DNA of 64,000 nt from a virus. Taxonomy: Duplodnaviria > Heunggongvirae > Uroviricota > Caudoviricetes. Made by a program: the position numbers and the translations under genes. Of the stretch, positions 9,514 through 18,658 are shown piece after piece. Location: positions 1-64,000 of the IMG/VR virus record IMGVR_UViG_3300028887_000002. One strand, 5' to 3'. Every line of letters starts with the position of its first letter. The stretch's first letter is position 1. The notes beneath the pieces were generated by a model, which was given only the letters and a program-made list of their open reading frames with translations, was not told the origin of the DNA and made no database searches.

Positions 9514-9717
9514 ATGTTTTCTTAGTTTTCTTTAGATATATACTCACAGTTTTCAAGGTTAAATGTGTGATAGAATATCATCACATCAACGTTAAGTTCA
9601 ATAGTTTCGGCACGGCACTCCGACTGATACTGGTTAAACATACACATAGTTCTTTCTTTCTGAAAGTCGAACCGTCCGAACGGGCAGTCGTTTGCACAAG
9701 TCAATTTTCCGTCTAGC

Positions 9718-10452
9718 CTAATCTTTGCCATAATTGCTAATAACTTTGTTAAGTTTTGAAATATAGTTACTGTCTTCAGCATATTGCATCAGAGCCTTTT
9801 CATATTCTTCCCTTGAAGGTTTTGTTTCAAACCTGTGTAAGTCCCATAGCACCCTGTCCAGTACGCTCATCTGCCAGTTGTTATAGTGGCCGTATGTTGC
9901 TTTGTCCGTCTTCTTGCCAGTCTGTGTGGTTGAACGTTTTGACACTTGCTTCATACCGAAAAGGTTGTTATTGGTTTTGTATATCTCCGAAGTGAAGTTT
10001 GCTGATTCCAGCACTGCCTGTGCCATTATATATTCAGGATACCATGCATCAACCTCGGTAAGTATAGACATAATACTATCAGTGGTCGGTTCGACATTCT
10101 TGCCTTTGAACCTTACGAATTGTCCGATGATTGTATTCATCTTGTCGTTGGTGCAGAAGTTGGTGAGTTCGTCGTTCTGTATGGTAAGCATATCCACCTG
10201 CAACTGGAGGCTGTCAATTAGTACCTGCTGTTCCTTGATGTCGGACTTCATATATGAACGACTTATCAGGCTTGATAACCCCATCAGTATCCCTACAAGG
10301 AATAACTCAATAACCCTCTCGGCTGTTGTGTATGCTATCAAGTTATTGCTAATAGCAGACTTCACAGTCTTTTCACTTGTGTTTAACATTCCGATTGTCT
10401 CAAGGTTCTCACAATCGACAATTCTGTAGCATTTATGTTCTCTTCGTCCCAT
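9718..10452 (-). CDS. membrane-anchored glucosaminidase (GH73) peptidoglycan hydrolase
   Basis: IMAQAVLES...NNNLFGMK...YAEDSNYISKL; hydrophobic helix and coiled coil before the catalytic domain. Confidence 0.8.
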   Translation of the reverse strand: MGRREHKCYRIVDCENLETIGMLNTSEKTVKSAISNNLIAYTTAERVIELFLVGILMGLSSLISRSYMKSDIKEQQVLIDSLQLQVDMLTIQNDELTNFCTNDKMNTIIGQFVRFKGKNVEPTTDSIMSILTEVDAWYPEYIMAQAVLESANFTSEIYKTNNNLFGMKQVSKRSTTQTGKKTDKATYGHYNNWQMSVLDRVLWDLHRFETKPSREEYEKALMQYAEDSNYISKLNKVISNYGKD

Positions 10453-10476
10453 AATAAATAATTTTTTTTTCTGTCG

Positions 10477-10848
10477 TTAGAATTTCTTGTTGGTTATTGC
10501 TTCGTGTATCATTGCAATGTCACTGTTCTTGAACATAGTCCTGTCGTGGGCGCAGAAAGTGTCTATTACCTTGAACACTGTTTCCTTTGAAGGATGTTCC
10601 TCGCACCAAAGTATGCCCACGATAAACGAATACATATCAAATGTCTTCCTGCCGAACTTTATCTTCATTTTCTCACAGCCGTCAATCATATCCCTTACAC
10701 GCTCGTCATATCCTTCGCTTTTCTTCTTCAAAACTGCATATATAAGTTCCTTGACATCACTGTCGTTCTTGGGGAGCGAGTATTCGATTGGCTTCGCAGT
10801 TTCTTTCTTTTCTTTTGTTTCTTTTACTTTAAATACTCTCATTTTCAA
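10477..10848 (-). CDS. hypothetical protein
   Basis: Operon packing. Confidence 0.55.
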   Translation of the reverse strand: MKMRVFKVKETKEKKETAKPIEYSLPKNDSDVKELIYAVLKKKSEGYDERVRDMIDGCEKMKIKFGRKTFDMYSFIVGILWCEEHPSKETVFKVIDTFCAHDRTMFKNSDIAMIHEAITNKKF

Positions 10849-10854
10849 TAACTT

Positions 10855-11025
10855 TTAGTTTTCTGTCAAATATTCCATTGCAGCACGTACCGTCTGCAAA
10901 CGTTTGTATTCTTCACAACGCTTGTAACCGTCTACAATTCCTTGTGCATAAGCCTCACGTTGCTTGACCTGTGATTTCAACGGATATTTTTCCGTTGCTA
11001 ATTCCATTGCTTTTTCTACGTTCAT
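10855..11025 (-). CDS. hypothetical protein
   Basis: Start moved to MNVEKAM. Confidence 0.5.
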   Translation of the reverse strand: MNVEKAMELATEKYPLKSQVKQREAYAQGIVDGYKRCEEYKRLQTVRAAMEYLTEN

Positions 11026-11036
11026 TTTTTTCTCTC

Positions 11037-11174
11037 CTATTCTTTGTTTGGATTGACAACCATTGTCTTGTGCTCGTAGCACTCAACACATATCTTTTGT
11101 GTTGCACAACTTCCCATTATGGATAATATTGCCAGTCCGAATAATATTAATAATAATTTTTTCGTCCTCAACAT
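11037..11174 (-). CDS. small lipoprotein (45 aa, absent from the ORF track)
   Basis: MLRTKKLLLILFGLAILSIMGSC lipobox then ATQKICVECYEHK... Confidence 0.6.
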   Translation of the reverse strand: MLRTKKLLLILFGLAILSIMGSCATQKICVECYEHKTMVVNPNKE

Positions 11175-12271
11175 CACTTAATATCCCTTATAAGTCTTAC
11201 CGCTCTATTGGCGTTTCCTTGACATATAGAACTTTGAACTGGCATAACACCGTCTGTATCAACTGATAGGTTGGGTATATTAAACCATTCAGACAAATGC
11301 TGTTCAGTAGACTTTCGGCGACACCAGTTGAAATCCATCATAATACAGTATTCTACACGTTTGTTGGTAAAGTTATCGTAAGTAAGGTTGGTAGGCCAAA
11401 CTTTCCCTGCCGCAGGCAATAGTACTGCGCCATATCGTTCCATCTCAAGCCATTCGTTATATGAATAGACATTGTCAGAATAACTCATATGAATAATTAT
11501 ACCTTTTGCTGATGCTATTGCATTTGCATATGACTTGAACTTATAACCCATTGAAGGTGTTCCATTCCAGTCGTCTGGTAACAATACTAACCCATATATA
11601 ACGCTTCCGTTGATATTTATGGTTGCAAGCCCCATATAATATTCACTTGGTTTTATCTTGTCATTAGGATTATCCAAATTGTATTGTCTAAATTCATTAG
11701 CGTTGCTCTTGTAATATCCTGTTGATTGGTTGCAAGGCCTCAGCCATTGAAGGTAATAGAGTTCCTGTTCATTGAGGCAACGCCATGAGTTTGTAATGTT
11801 TCCACCATTGATTATACGGTTGTACATCCCCCAGTCGTATCGCGGGTCGTCTCGGCGTGGCGACCGTCTGTGCGGACCGTACCCTTCGTATTCATAACCA
11901 TTCTCTTCATATTTCTTTCTTCCATACGCTGGCTTGTAGTTTATGTTGTAGTGTCCATCGTACCATCCTGATGTGCAGAAGCCAAACATATCAATCCATC
12001 CGCGATAGTTGTCAAATTCTGTAGCACTTTTAATTTCGTTTGCCTTGCCGATATACTCCCACTGATGGTCGGCGAAACGCCACTGTTTGGTTGCTGGGCA
12101 GTATTGAAGGTTGCCCTTTGAGAATACGACCTTTTCGGTGGGTGATATACTGAACTTTCCGTTAAGTTCACCCTCGTGGTTGCTGGTCGGTGCTGTCTTG
12201 TACGATACAAGCGTGAATGATATGAGCAGTAATGCTACTGCAATAAATAATGCTTTCATTGTTGCTTTCAT
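11174..12271 (-). CDS. secreted protein, Bacteroidales fimbrillin-tip / C-lectin-like fold candidate
   Basis: Signal peptide; GKFSIS..KVVFSKGNLQY..WRFADHQW..GWIDMFG; GAVLLPAAG; C-terminal AVRLIRD. Confidence 0.55.
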   Translation of the reverse strand: MKATMKALFIAVALLLISFTLVSYKTAPTSNHEGELNGKFSISPTEKVVFSKGNLQYCPATKQWRFADHQWEYIGKANEIKSATEFDNYRGWIDMFGFCTSGWYDGHYNINYKPAYGRKKYEENGYEYEGYGPHRRSPRRDDPRYDWGMYNRIINGGNITNSWRCLNEQELYYLQWLRPCNQSTGYYKSNANEFRQYNLDNPNDKIKPSEYYMGLATININGSVIYGLVLLPDDWNGTPSMGYKFKSYANAIASAKGIIIHMSYSDNVYSYNEWLEMERYGAVLLPAAGKVWPTNLTYDNFTNKRVEYCIMMDFNWCRRKSTEQHLSEWFNIPNLSVDTDGVMPVQSSICQGNANRAVRLIRDIK

Positions 12272-12381
12272 GATTTTTTCCTTTCTTTTTTTTTAGTTAA
12301 ACATTTCAAATTTCAATATTGTTTATAACTCGTCCGAAGCTGGAACGTTCATTTTTGGGGTGCGATGTTTGATTTTTTTTT

Positions 12382-12774
12382 TCACTGCAATCCGAATTTG
12401 ATATTTCCAATGGTTCCATTTTCCCTAATGACGGCAGTCAATATGATGAAACCATGACCTTCCTTTATGAAGTTGTACATTCTCTGCAAGGTGTCGTCAG
12501 TGTCTCCAGTTGTTACACCTCTAATTATATAGGCGTACTGTCTTGATGCATCAGCGTTAAACCTTGCGACATCATAAGTGACATCCTTCCCCTTCTTACC
12601 TGAATGGTATTCAATGATGATGTTGGTTGTTCCATTGGCCACATCACGGAAGAATTTGTTATCATCCAGTTTGACTTCAAGTTTCAGACCGCCGTTGTCA
12701 ATAAGCCTTGCTGTCTGGGCGAATGATGTTAATAATGAAAATGTTAATAATAAAATAATAGTAATTTTTTTCAT
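12382..12774 (-). CDS. secreted hypothetical protein
   Basis: Signal peptide MKKITIILLLTFSLLTSFA. Confidence 0.6.
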   Translation of the reverse strand: MKKITIILLLTFSLLTSFAQTARLIDNGGLKLEVKLDDNKFFRDVANGTTNIIIEYHSGKKGKDVTYDVARFNADASRQYAYIIRGVTTGDTDDTLQRMYNFIKEGHGFIILTAVIRENGTIGNIKFGLQ

Positions 12775-12781
12775 ATGTAAA

Positions 12782-13705
12782 TTATTTATTAAGTTCGTTA
12801 AAAATTTGCGCCATCTCCTTTAAGGTTAGCCTGCGTCCGATTGTTATTTTCCGTCCACAGACTTTACTATCACTTTCGTTTGTTTCACCCGTCCTATCCT
12901 CCAATATGACTTCGTGATAGACCGCATTTTTATCATAATAGTAGTTGAAACAATCCAACGGGTTCAAGCAGGCGTGGAAACCGCACTTGCATAGTTTTGC
13001 ATCATCACAGACATAAGTCTTGCCTTCTTCGTATTGGAAGTCACGGCAAGTCATGTTGGCATTGAAGCCTTTATAAGCGATATGACCTTGTGGTTGCCTC
13101 TTTATGCTCGTACCATAAAATGCACATCCTCCAATACGTGTTACCGAATTAGGGATGTTAATTGATGTAAGTCCGCTACAATCATTAAATGCACACCATT
13201 CAATTTCCGTCACAGAATCAGGAATGTTTATTGAAGTTAATCCTGTGCAACGTCTAAATGTATAACCGTCAATTTTCGTCACAGAATTGGAAATGTTTAT
13301 CGAGGAAAGGCTACTACAATCATCAAATAACCAAACGCCAATTTCAGTCACGGAATTAGGGATGTTTATTGAGGAAAGACTACTGCAACCTTTAAATGTA
13401 TAACTACCAATTTCCGTAACAGAATCAGGAATGTTAATTGAGGTAAGGTTGCTGCAACCACAAAATGCCCAACTGTCAATTTTCATTACTGAATTAGGGA
13501 TGACGATTGAAGTAAGGTTGCTACAAATCGAAAATGCCTCGCAACCAATTTCCGTCACCGAATTAGGTATGTTTATTGAGGTAAGTCCGATGCAACCTTG
13601 AAATGCCCTACCGCCAATTATCCTCACACCATCAGGTAGCATAACATCGCCGCCTTTGCCGTTGTACTGCACAAGTACATTATTTTCTATTTTGAACTCT
13701 TCCAT
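12782..13705 (-). CDS. BspA-type LRR_5 protein fused to a C-terminal phage domain
   Basis: About seven 23-aa repeats (LTSINIPNSVTEIG..AF..C) plus AYKGFN..MTCRDFQYEEGKTY..CGFHAC.NPLDCFNYY. Confidence 0.85.
   Translation of the reverse strand: MEEFKIENNVLVQYNGKGGDVMLPDGVRIIGGRAFQGCIGLTSINIPNSVTEIGCEAFSICSNLTSIVIPNSVMKIDSWAFCGCSNLTSINIPDSVTEIGSYTFKGCSSLSSINIPNSVTEIGVWLFDDCSSLSSINISNSVTKIDGYTFRRCTGLTSINIPDSVTEIEWCAFNDCSGLTSINIPNSVTRIGGCAFYGTSIKRQPQGHIAYKGFNANMTCRDFQYEEGKTYVCDDAKLCKCGFHACLNPLDCFNYYYDKNAVYHEVILEDRTGETNESDSKVCGRKITIGRRLTLKEMAQIFNELNK
13130..13620 (-). repeat. 69-bp coding tandem repeats (LRR units)
   Basis: Recurring ...CCAATTTCCGTCAC.GAAT.AGG.ATGTT.ATTGA... at 69-bp spacing. Confidence 0.8.
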
Positions 13706-13731
13706 AAAAAAATAATATTTGTTTGACTATG

Positions 13732-13763
13732 CAAAGATAAATCAAATATTTGAAAGTGACAAA
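13732..13763 (-). promoter_or_regulatory. early promoter
   Basis: TTTG-N20-TATCTTTG. Confidence 0.8.
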
Positions 13764-13794
13764 CTTTTTTTTTATTAATGTTTTTGCTATTTTT

Positions 13795-14388
13795 CTATCC
13801 AAATTCAATCCAACCTTTCGGATATTTGTCAAAGAATTTCTTGCAGACATCAAGCATTATCTTCAATCTTTGTTTTAACTTTTCCTCGTTAGTACTGCAA
13901 AAAGTTGTTTCTTTGCCAGGAATATAAAACTTGCCACAATGTTTTGTTAGATATTTCTTTGCTCTTTCAAAACTTCTGAAACAAGGGGTGTTATAGTCAT
14001 TGGTTCTGAAATTGTCACTGAAACCAGGTGTTTGATATATTGTTGAAAAGAGGTCTTCCTTCTTATAGAGTTTCACAAATTCCTCATCCGACAATTCACC
14101 ATTCCTTATCTTTGATGGCATTTCGTTTCTAAGTTGGCAATGGCGTTTCCACCTCTTCTTCTTTCTTTTGACATATTGTTCGTTTATCTTAAAGATTTCA
14201 CTTTCTGTGTCGCCTTTCAACTTCAAAGCGTTATAAATTTTGAAATTATCATCATCTTCCATATAACTTTCGAAAGTTGGATAATCACAATAATGTTCGA
14301 ATTTTGACACCAAGCGTTCCCTAAGCGTCTTCAAGTCTTCCGCCGAAGCATCTTTGACTTTGTTAAAAAACCAAGTATGACATCCCAT
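13795..14388 (-). CDS. conserved phage hypothetical protein
   Basis: MGCHTWF...FFDKYPKGWIEFG termini. Confidence 0.65.
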   Translation of the reverse strand: MGCHTWFFNKVKDASAEDLKTLRERLVSKFEHYCDYPTFESYMEDDDNFKIYNALKLKGDTESEIFKINEQYVKRKKKRWKRHCQLRNEMPSKIRNGELSDEEFVKLYKKEDLFSTIYQTPGFSDNFRTNDYNTPCFRSFERAKKYLTKHCGKFYIPGKETTFCSTNEEKLKQRLKIMLDVCKKFFDKYPKGWIEFG

Positions 14389-14402
14389 ATTTCTATATAT
14401 TT

Positions 14403-15560
14403 TTAGTTAATATTATTGTAGCACTTATTGTTAAGCACATTCAAGATTACACTTCCACTTTGGAATTCATCTAATGTTGAGCAGTTAGTGTACGCCATAG
14501 CACTTCTGAGATATGCCTTGAAATTGTCAGCGAACTCATTTACAGTGTATTCAATAGGAATTTCTCTCTCAAGACCTTCTGTAGGTCTTACTGGCTTGCT
14601 CTCATCTATTGCTTGCTGAGCCTGTGGAGTAGACATTCCATAGATAGTCTTCGTAAATCCCCTGGCCTTTGCAGTTCTAGCGTTGTCACGCTTTTCGTCT
14701 TCACTTATTGAAGAGTCATACAACATATTCTTCCAGAGTCCGTCTCCCATGAAGTTGGATATTGATTTCTCGGCGAGACCATTATGATAAAATTCACGCC
14801 ACAAGTAGTCAGCATACTTGAAAGTTGGTTCAGCCGCACTCTCATAGCACTTTGCTAGCATCGTTCCCATCATGACATAATCTGCTCCAAGTGCCAATGC
14901 TTTAATAGCCTTTCCATAATCGTCTATTCCACCATCAGCAACTATCTTAGCGTTTAGATTTTTATTGAATTTGATTCTCTTGCATTCATTTATCAATGAA
15001 GCCATTGGATAGTGGACTCCAGTGTTTGTAGAAGTCAAGCAACAAGCACCTCCACCAATTCCTACTCTGATATAGTCAGCTCCTGCTCTTGATAACTTTT
15101 CAAATGTTTCTTCATTTGCGATATTCCCAACCATTATTTCCATATTTGGATAATTCTTTTTAGCAATCTGTATCAATTCTGGAAGTTCTCTGATATGTCC
15201 ATTAGCAATATCTATACAGACATTATATGTATAGTTCTTAAATTCTGTTGTAATCATCAATTTTTCTACAAAACATTCTCTAAATTCTTCTAAGCCGAAT
15301 GCTACCCATTGAACCAAGTCCTTCATACACTTCATTCTGGTTGTTATATTAATATTTCTTGGAATTATCGGTGTAATGCCATTCTTCATAAAGTAAAAGA
15401 AATTATGTTCATCACAAACTGCTTGCATAGGAGCACAGAAGATAGGCAATTTATTTATACCATCAACAAATGGATTGCATTCTTTACGTGAGTTCTTTCC
15501 TTGTACTTCTGGAATTATGCTCACATCATCTAATGAATAGTTAATTTTCTTTTCAAGCAT
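14403..15560 (-). CDS. IMP dehydrogenase / GMP reductase family protein (no CBS domains)
   Basis: PIFCAPM, CIDIANGH, MVGNIA, IRVGIGGGACCLT, ADGGI, ALALGADYVMMG, YGMS, LRSAMAYT. Confidence 0.9.
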   Translation of the reverse strand: MLEKKINYSLDDVSIIPEVQGKNSRKECNPFVDGINKLPIFCAPMQAVCDEHNFFYFMKNGITPIIPRNINITTRMKCMKDLVQWVAFGLEEFRECFVEKLMITTEFKNYTYNVCIDIANGHIRELPELIQIAKKNYPNMEIMVGNIANEETFEKLSRAGADYIRVGIGGGACCLTSTNTGVHYPMASLINECKRIKFNKNLNAKIVADGGIDDYGKAIKALALGADYVMMGTMLAKCYESAAEPTFKYADYLWREFYHNGLAEKSISNFMGDGLWKNMLYDSSISEDEKRDNARTAKARGFTKTIYGMSTPQAQQAIDESKPVRPTEGLEREIPIEYTVNEFADNFKAYLRSAMAYTNCSTLDEFQSGSVILNVLNNKCYNNIN

Positions 15561-15579
15561 ACCAAAATAATTTTACATA

Positions 15580-15723
15580 TTATTTTTTTTTTAAATTTCC
15601 ACTATCTTCAAAATATTTCCAAGTTTTTATTTCTTCAAGTTGGTTTGGTGTTAGGTTTTCCAACCACTCCTTGCAATATTTGTGATATCGCGTGTGGTTG
15701 TCCCTTAAAAACACTTTCTGTGC
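15580..15723 (-). pseudogene. orphaned 3' half of the gene at 17918, split by the TnpB element
   Basis: AQKVFLRDNHTRYHKYCKEWLENLTPNQ...KKK* joins in frame to ...STDEIY. Confidence 0.7.
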
Positions 15724-15810
15724 ATATACCGTACAGCGAAATATACGAAAAATTAGGAAACTTCTTCATATATTCCCACCAATCGTTTGATTGTCTGTAC
15801 GGTACGACAA
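15724..15810 (-). ncRNA. putative omegaRNA scaffold (3' part) of the 538-aa TnpB
   Basis: 10-bp stem TACCGTACAG/CTGTACGGTA (15795-15804 with 15727-15736) enclosing two hairpins and ending at the element boundary. Confidence 0.55.
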
Positions 15811-17382
15811 CAGAACATCCTTTACCTTCTCCTTTTTCAGTTTCTTCGGCTTGTATGCCCCGTTGCTAACTTGTTTTAAGAGCCTATCCCGCAACACGGT
15901 TACGGTCGCTCTGTTTCTTATGTTAACTGATGCGTTGTGGTCAGCATTATCTGTATGACCGCATTCAACGCAACAGAAATCTTCCTGTGTTAGTCTGTTC
16001 CCGTTATCAATGCAACCGCAGACAGGACAGGTCTTTGATGTGTAATACGATTGCACGGTTGAAACTGCAATACCATATTTCCTTCCAATGTGTTCGATTT
16101 CGCCCTTCAGTGAACTAATCCGCAGGAACTTCACAATATCATTGAAGTTAATATCATCCAACAATTCGTCCGTTACATAAGTCTTTCCAAAACCATTGTC
16201 AAGGTTTTCAAGGACTATATGTGTTACACCGCCGAGCATAAGGTTCTTGCACATCGTTGAAATCAACTGTTGTTCCGACTTGAGCATCTTGTTCCTTAAA
16301 GTATCATATTTCCGTTGTCTGCGCTTGCCGATTACATAGTCGGGGTTCTGTGACTTGAATAAGTCGGTCTGCCGTTTCATACGGCAGTAGTCCTCGACCA
16401 ATTCCCTGTCGTAGTCGTAGGTTGTACCATTTGATACGCTGAACAGGTTGTGCTTTACATTCACATCAATACCAACGGTCTTGTCGTTATCGGTCACCGT
16501 TGGTATATACCTTTCGCCGTCCTTGACCAAGTTAACCTTGGCCTGCTTGTGCCACTCGTCAAACGAAACGACATACTCATAGTCGTTAGATTTCTTTGCA
16601 TAGTCGCTCATACTGCCGTGGTAGTCCTTGCTGAACTTGACTGGTATGTCCATTGACTTCCGAGTGGGGAAACTCAACGAGATAAAGGCGTTTATCTCCG
16701 AATTGTAGTTTTTGTTGTATGCAACAATCCGTTTTTTTCTTGAACGCCCAGCGAATGTCAGCGACTTGAACTCAATGGGCTTTGCATACCTTTTCAACAT
16801 TCGTCCGCGCAACGACAATGCAAGTCTCATTAGTCGTTCAAAACCTAACTTGCTACACTTGCCAAGTATGTTCTGGTAGAACTTCGCTTTCTTCTCATCA
16901 AGACCACCATTGGCAAGTTGGGTGTTGATATATTCAAGTGTATGTTCATTTCCGTATCTTGCAAGGTAGGTCAAACAAATAGTAAGGTCAGTTGACTTCC
17001 GTTCAAGCCTTACGGACTTCATATCGCCTTTTGAATGCCCCTTGCAGTTGCGCTTGTAGAAGTCAAAACCGAGGAACGAAACCTTCTCGAATTTCATTCG
17101 CTTGGTTATAGCATCAAACTTGTTCTGATAGGCATCAATGACCTGCTGATATAATTGCTTGTCAAAGTTCGAGTTGATAACTTGTTTATACTTGCCACGC
17201 ATCTCTTTTACGAAATTCAGTGGACTTACATCGAGGTAGCGCAGAATATCCGAGCACACTTCTTTACTGATGAGGTTCTTATGTTCACGGATGGATACGG
17301 CAAGGTCGTACAACTCGTCATATTTCTGTCGAGTCAAGTCATCGCTTACGAAGACCTTTGTGTATTTGCTTGCTATCTCCAT
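15766..17382 (-). CDS. tnpB: large TnpB / Cas12f-like RuvC nuclease (538 aa)
   Basis: VGIDVN (RuvC-I), IVLENL (II), TSKTCPVCG..FCCVECG Zn ribbon, NADHNASVNI (III). Confidence 0.85.
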   Translation of the reverse strand: MEIASKYTKVFVSDDLTRQKYDELYDLAVSIREHKNLISKEVCSDILRYLDVSPLNFVKEMRGKYKQVINSNFDKQLYQQVIDAYQNKFDAITKRMKFEKVSFLGFDFYKRNCKGHSKGDMKSVRLERKSTDLTICLTYLARYGNEHTLEYINTQLANGGLDEKKAKFYQNILGKCSKLGFERLMRLALSLRGRMLKRYAKPIEFKSLTFAGRSRKKRIVAYNKNYNSEINAFISLSFPTRKSMDIPVKFSKDYHGSMSDYAKKSNDYEYVVSFDEWHKQAKVNLVKDGERYIPTVTDNDKTVGIDVNVKHNLFSVSNGTTYDYDRELVEDYCRMKRQTDLFKSQNPDYVIGKRRQRKYDTLRNKMLKSEQQLISTMCKNLMLGGVTHIVLENLDNGFGKTYVTDELLDDINFNDIVKFLRISSLKGEIEHIGRKYGIAVSTVQSYYTSKTCPVCGCIDNGNRLTQEDFCCVECGHTDNADHNASVNIRNRATVTVLRDRLLKQVSNGAYKPKKLKKEKVKDVLLSYRTDNQTIGGNI

Positions 17383-17512
17383 GCTACATTAAAAAAGGAG
17401 GTAAAATCCGTTCGACAAAGTGCAGCAAGAGCCGATAGGGACTACCTCCGTTGGTTTTATGTTTAATATCTTTCCGAATGTCTTGCTGCTTCATTCGTCT
17501 TATTAATAAATA
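17383..17512 (-). ncRNA. structured 5' leader of tnpB behind a TATTTAT motif
   Basis: Crossing stems GCAGCAAGA/TCTTGCTGC and GGAGGTA/TACCTCC followed by U6. Confidence 0.45.
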
Positions 17513-17522
17513 GTGTAACTTT

Positions 17523-17918
17523 TCAAAAATTACAAGTTTTTTTATAGATTTCGTCTGTACTTAATATTATTCCTTTCTCTTCACCGTCAACGAGAATAGT
17601 TATGTCCCTTCCGTAGGAGTTTTCGTTTTGGTTGAACTGTTTGCAGTATTCAATGGCCTTGTCCCTGTCATAGAATATTGTCTCAACATAATCGGAATGT
17701 TCCTCGCTTCGTGTCACGACATATGCTGTCCTGTATTGTTCGTCCTTTTGTTGCGCCATTTCAGTTAATGCGCCTATTAGGGCTTCCTTGTTTTCTTTCA
17801 ATCCGTCAAAAACTTGAGTGTAAGTTGGTGCAAGTTCCTTAGCCTTCTCTGCGTTTTTGTACCACTTTTTTGAAAAATCCTTCATCATAATTCTTCTAGT
17901 TTTTTCCAGTATGTCCAA
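17523..17918 (-). CDS. hypothetical protein, truncated by the element (native C-terminus at 15580-15723)
   Basis: In-frame reconstruction. Confidence 0.6.
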   Translation of the reverse strand: MDILEKTRRIMMKDFSKKWYKNAEKAKELAPTYTQVFDGLKENKEALIGALTEMAQQKDEQYRTAYVVTRSEEHSDYVETIFYDRDKAIEYCKQFNQNENSYGRDITILVDGEEKGIILSTDEIYKKTCNF

Positions 17919-18345
17919 ATCCGCCTTCGCCTCGCTCGGTTTCGTCTAATGTTTCAACCTCAACCAAGTCAAGTTGTTCACATTTGGCAATGACCATCTG
18001 TGCAATCCTGTCACCATTCTGAACAGCAAAAGTATTGCTTCCGTGGTTCACTAATATAACACAAATTTCCCCAATATAATCAGAGTCAATAGTTCCTGGG
18101 GAATTAAGTACCGTTACACCATATCTCAATGCCAATCCGCTTCTCGGTCTAACTTGTGCCTCGTAGCCTTCGGGGAGTTGAATATATAGACCTGTCGGTA
18201 TTAAAGCATGTCTACCTGGTTCAATATACCAAATGTCACCTTCAGGAATATTTGCTCTTAAGTCCATTCCTGCTGAACCTTTTGTCGCATAACTTGGCAA
18301 CTGATTGTTGCTCTTGTTAATAATTTTTACATTAAGTTTTCCCAT
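17896..18345 (-). CDS. dut: dUTPase
   Basis: [39 protein letters not shown]. Confidence 0.97.
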   Translation of the reverse strand: MGKLNVKIINKSNNQLPSYATKGSAGMDLRANIPEGDIWYIEPGRHALIPTGLYIQLPEGYEAQVRPRSGLALRYGVTVLNSPGTIDSDYIGEICVILVNHGSNTFAVQNGDRIAQMVIAKCEQLDLVEVETLDETERGEGGFGHTGKN

Positions 18346-18349
18346 GGTT

Positions 18350-18658
18350 TTATTCTTTTTTGCTAAAAATTTTATCGATTTCCTCTCGTGTCATATCTTC
18401 AATGACAATATCTTTTATATTTTCTTGATGTTTCAATGCATATAAACAATCAATCAATGAATGATTTCCTTCAGAACAATCATCTTCACAACCAACTGGT
18501 ATGTCCTTCAATTCTTCACCTTTGTCATTGAACATCTTTATTGTTATTGTGTCACTGACAGATTCATAAACACAATACAAATCATAATCTTCAAAATACC
18601 AACCAAACTCCAATCTGTATCTTGTCTTCCAGCCACTTCTATAAGCCATTTTCACCAA
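18350..18658 (-). CDS. hypothetical protein
   Basis: Operon packing. Confidence 0.5.
   Translation of the reverse strand: MVKMAYRSGWKTRYRLEFGWYFEDYDLYCVYESVSDTITIKMFNDKGEELKDIPVGCEDDCSEGNHSLIDCLYALKHQENIKDIVIEDMTREEIDKIFSKKE

Larger units (their letters stand above)
15724..17543 (-). mobile_element. non-autonomous tnpB element (~1.82 kb)
   Basis: Removing it restores an in-frame gene; imperfect palindrome TGTAATTTTTGAAAAGTTACA at one end, structured 3' end; TAT microhomology makes the ends uncertain by up to 3 nt. Confidence 0.7.

Noticed and set aside
15561-15600. Second TTA AAA AAA AAA TAA frameshift into the IMPDH/GMPR gene
   Set aside because: The IMPDH frame has a stop (AAT AAT ATG TAA) before its start and there is no stimulatory hairpin. 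It shows that A-runs alone are not evidence.
15560-17543. CRISPR-Cas12f locus, or IStron (group I intron plus IS)
   Set aside because: No repeat-spacer array flanks the gene. The leader is about 160 nt with no recognisable group I core, and no in-frame junction ends in the required terminal G.
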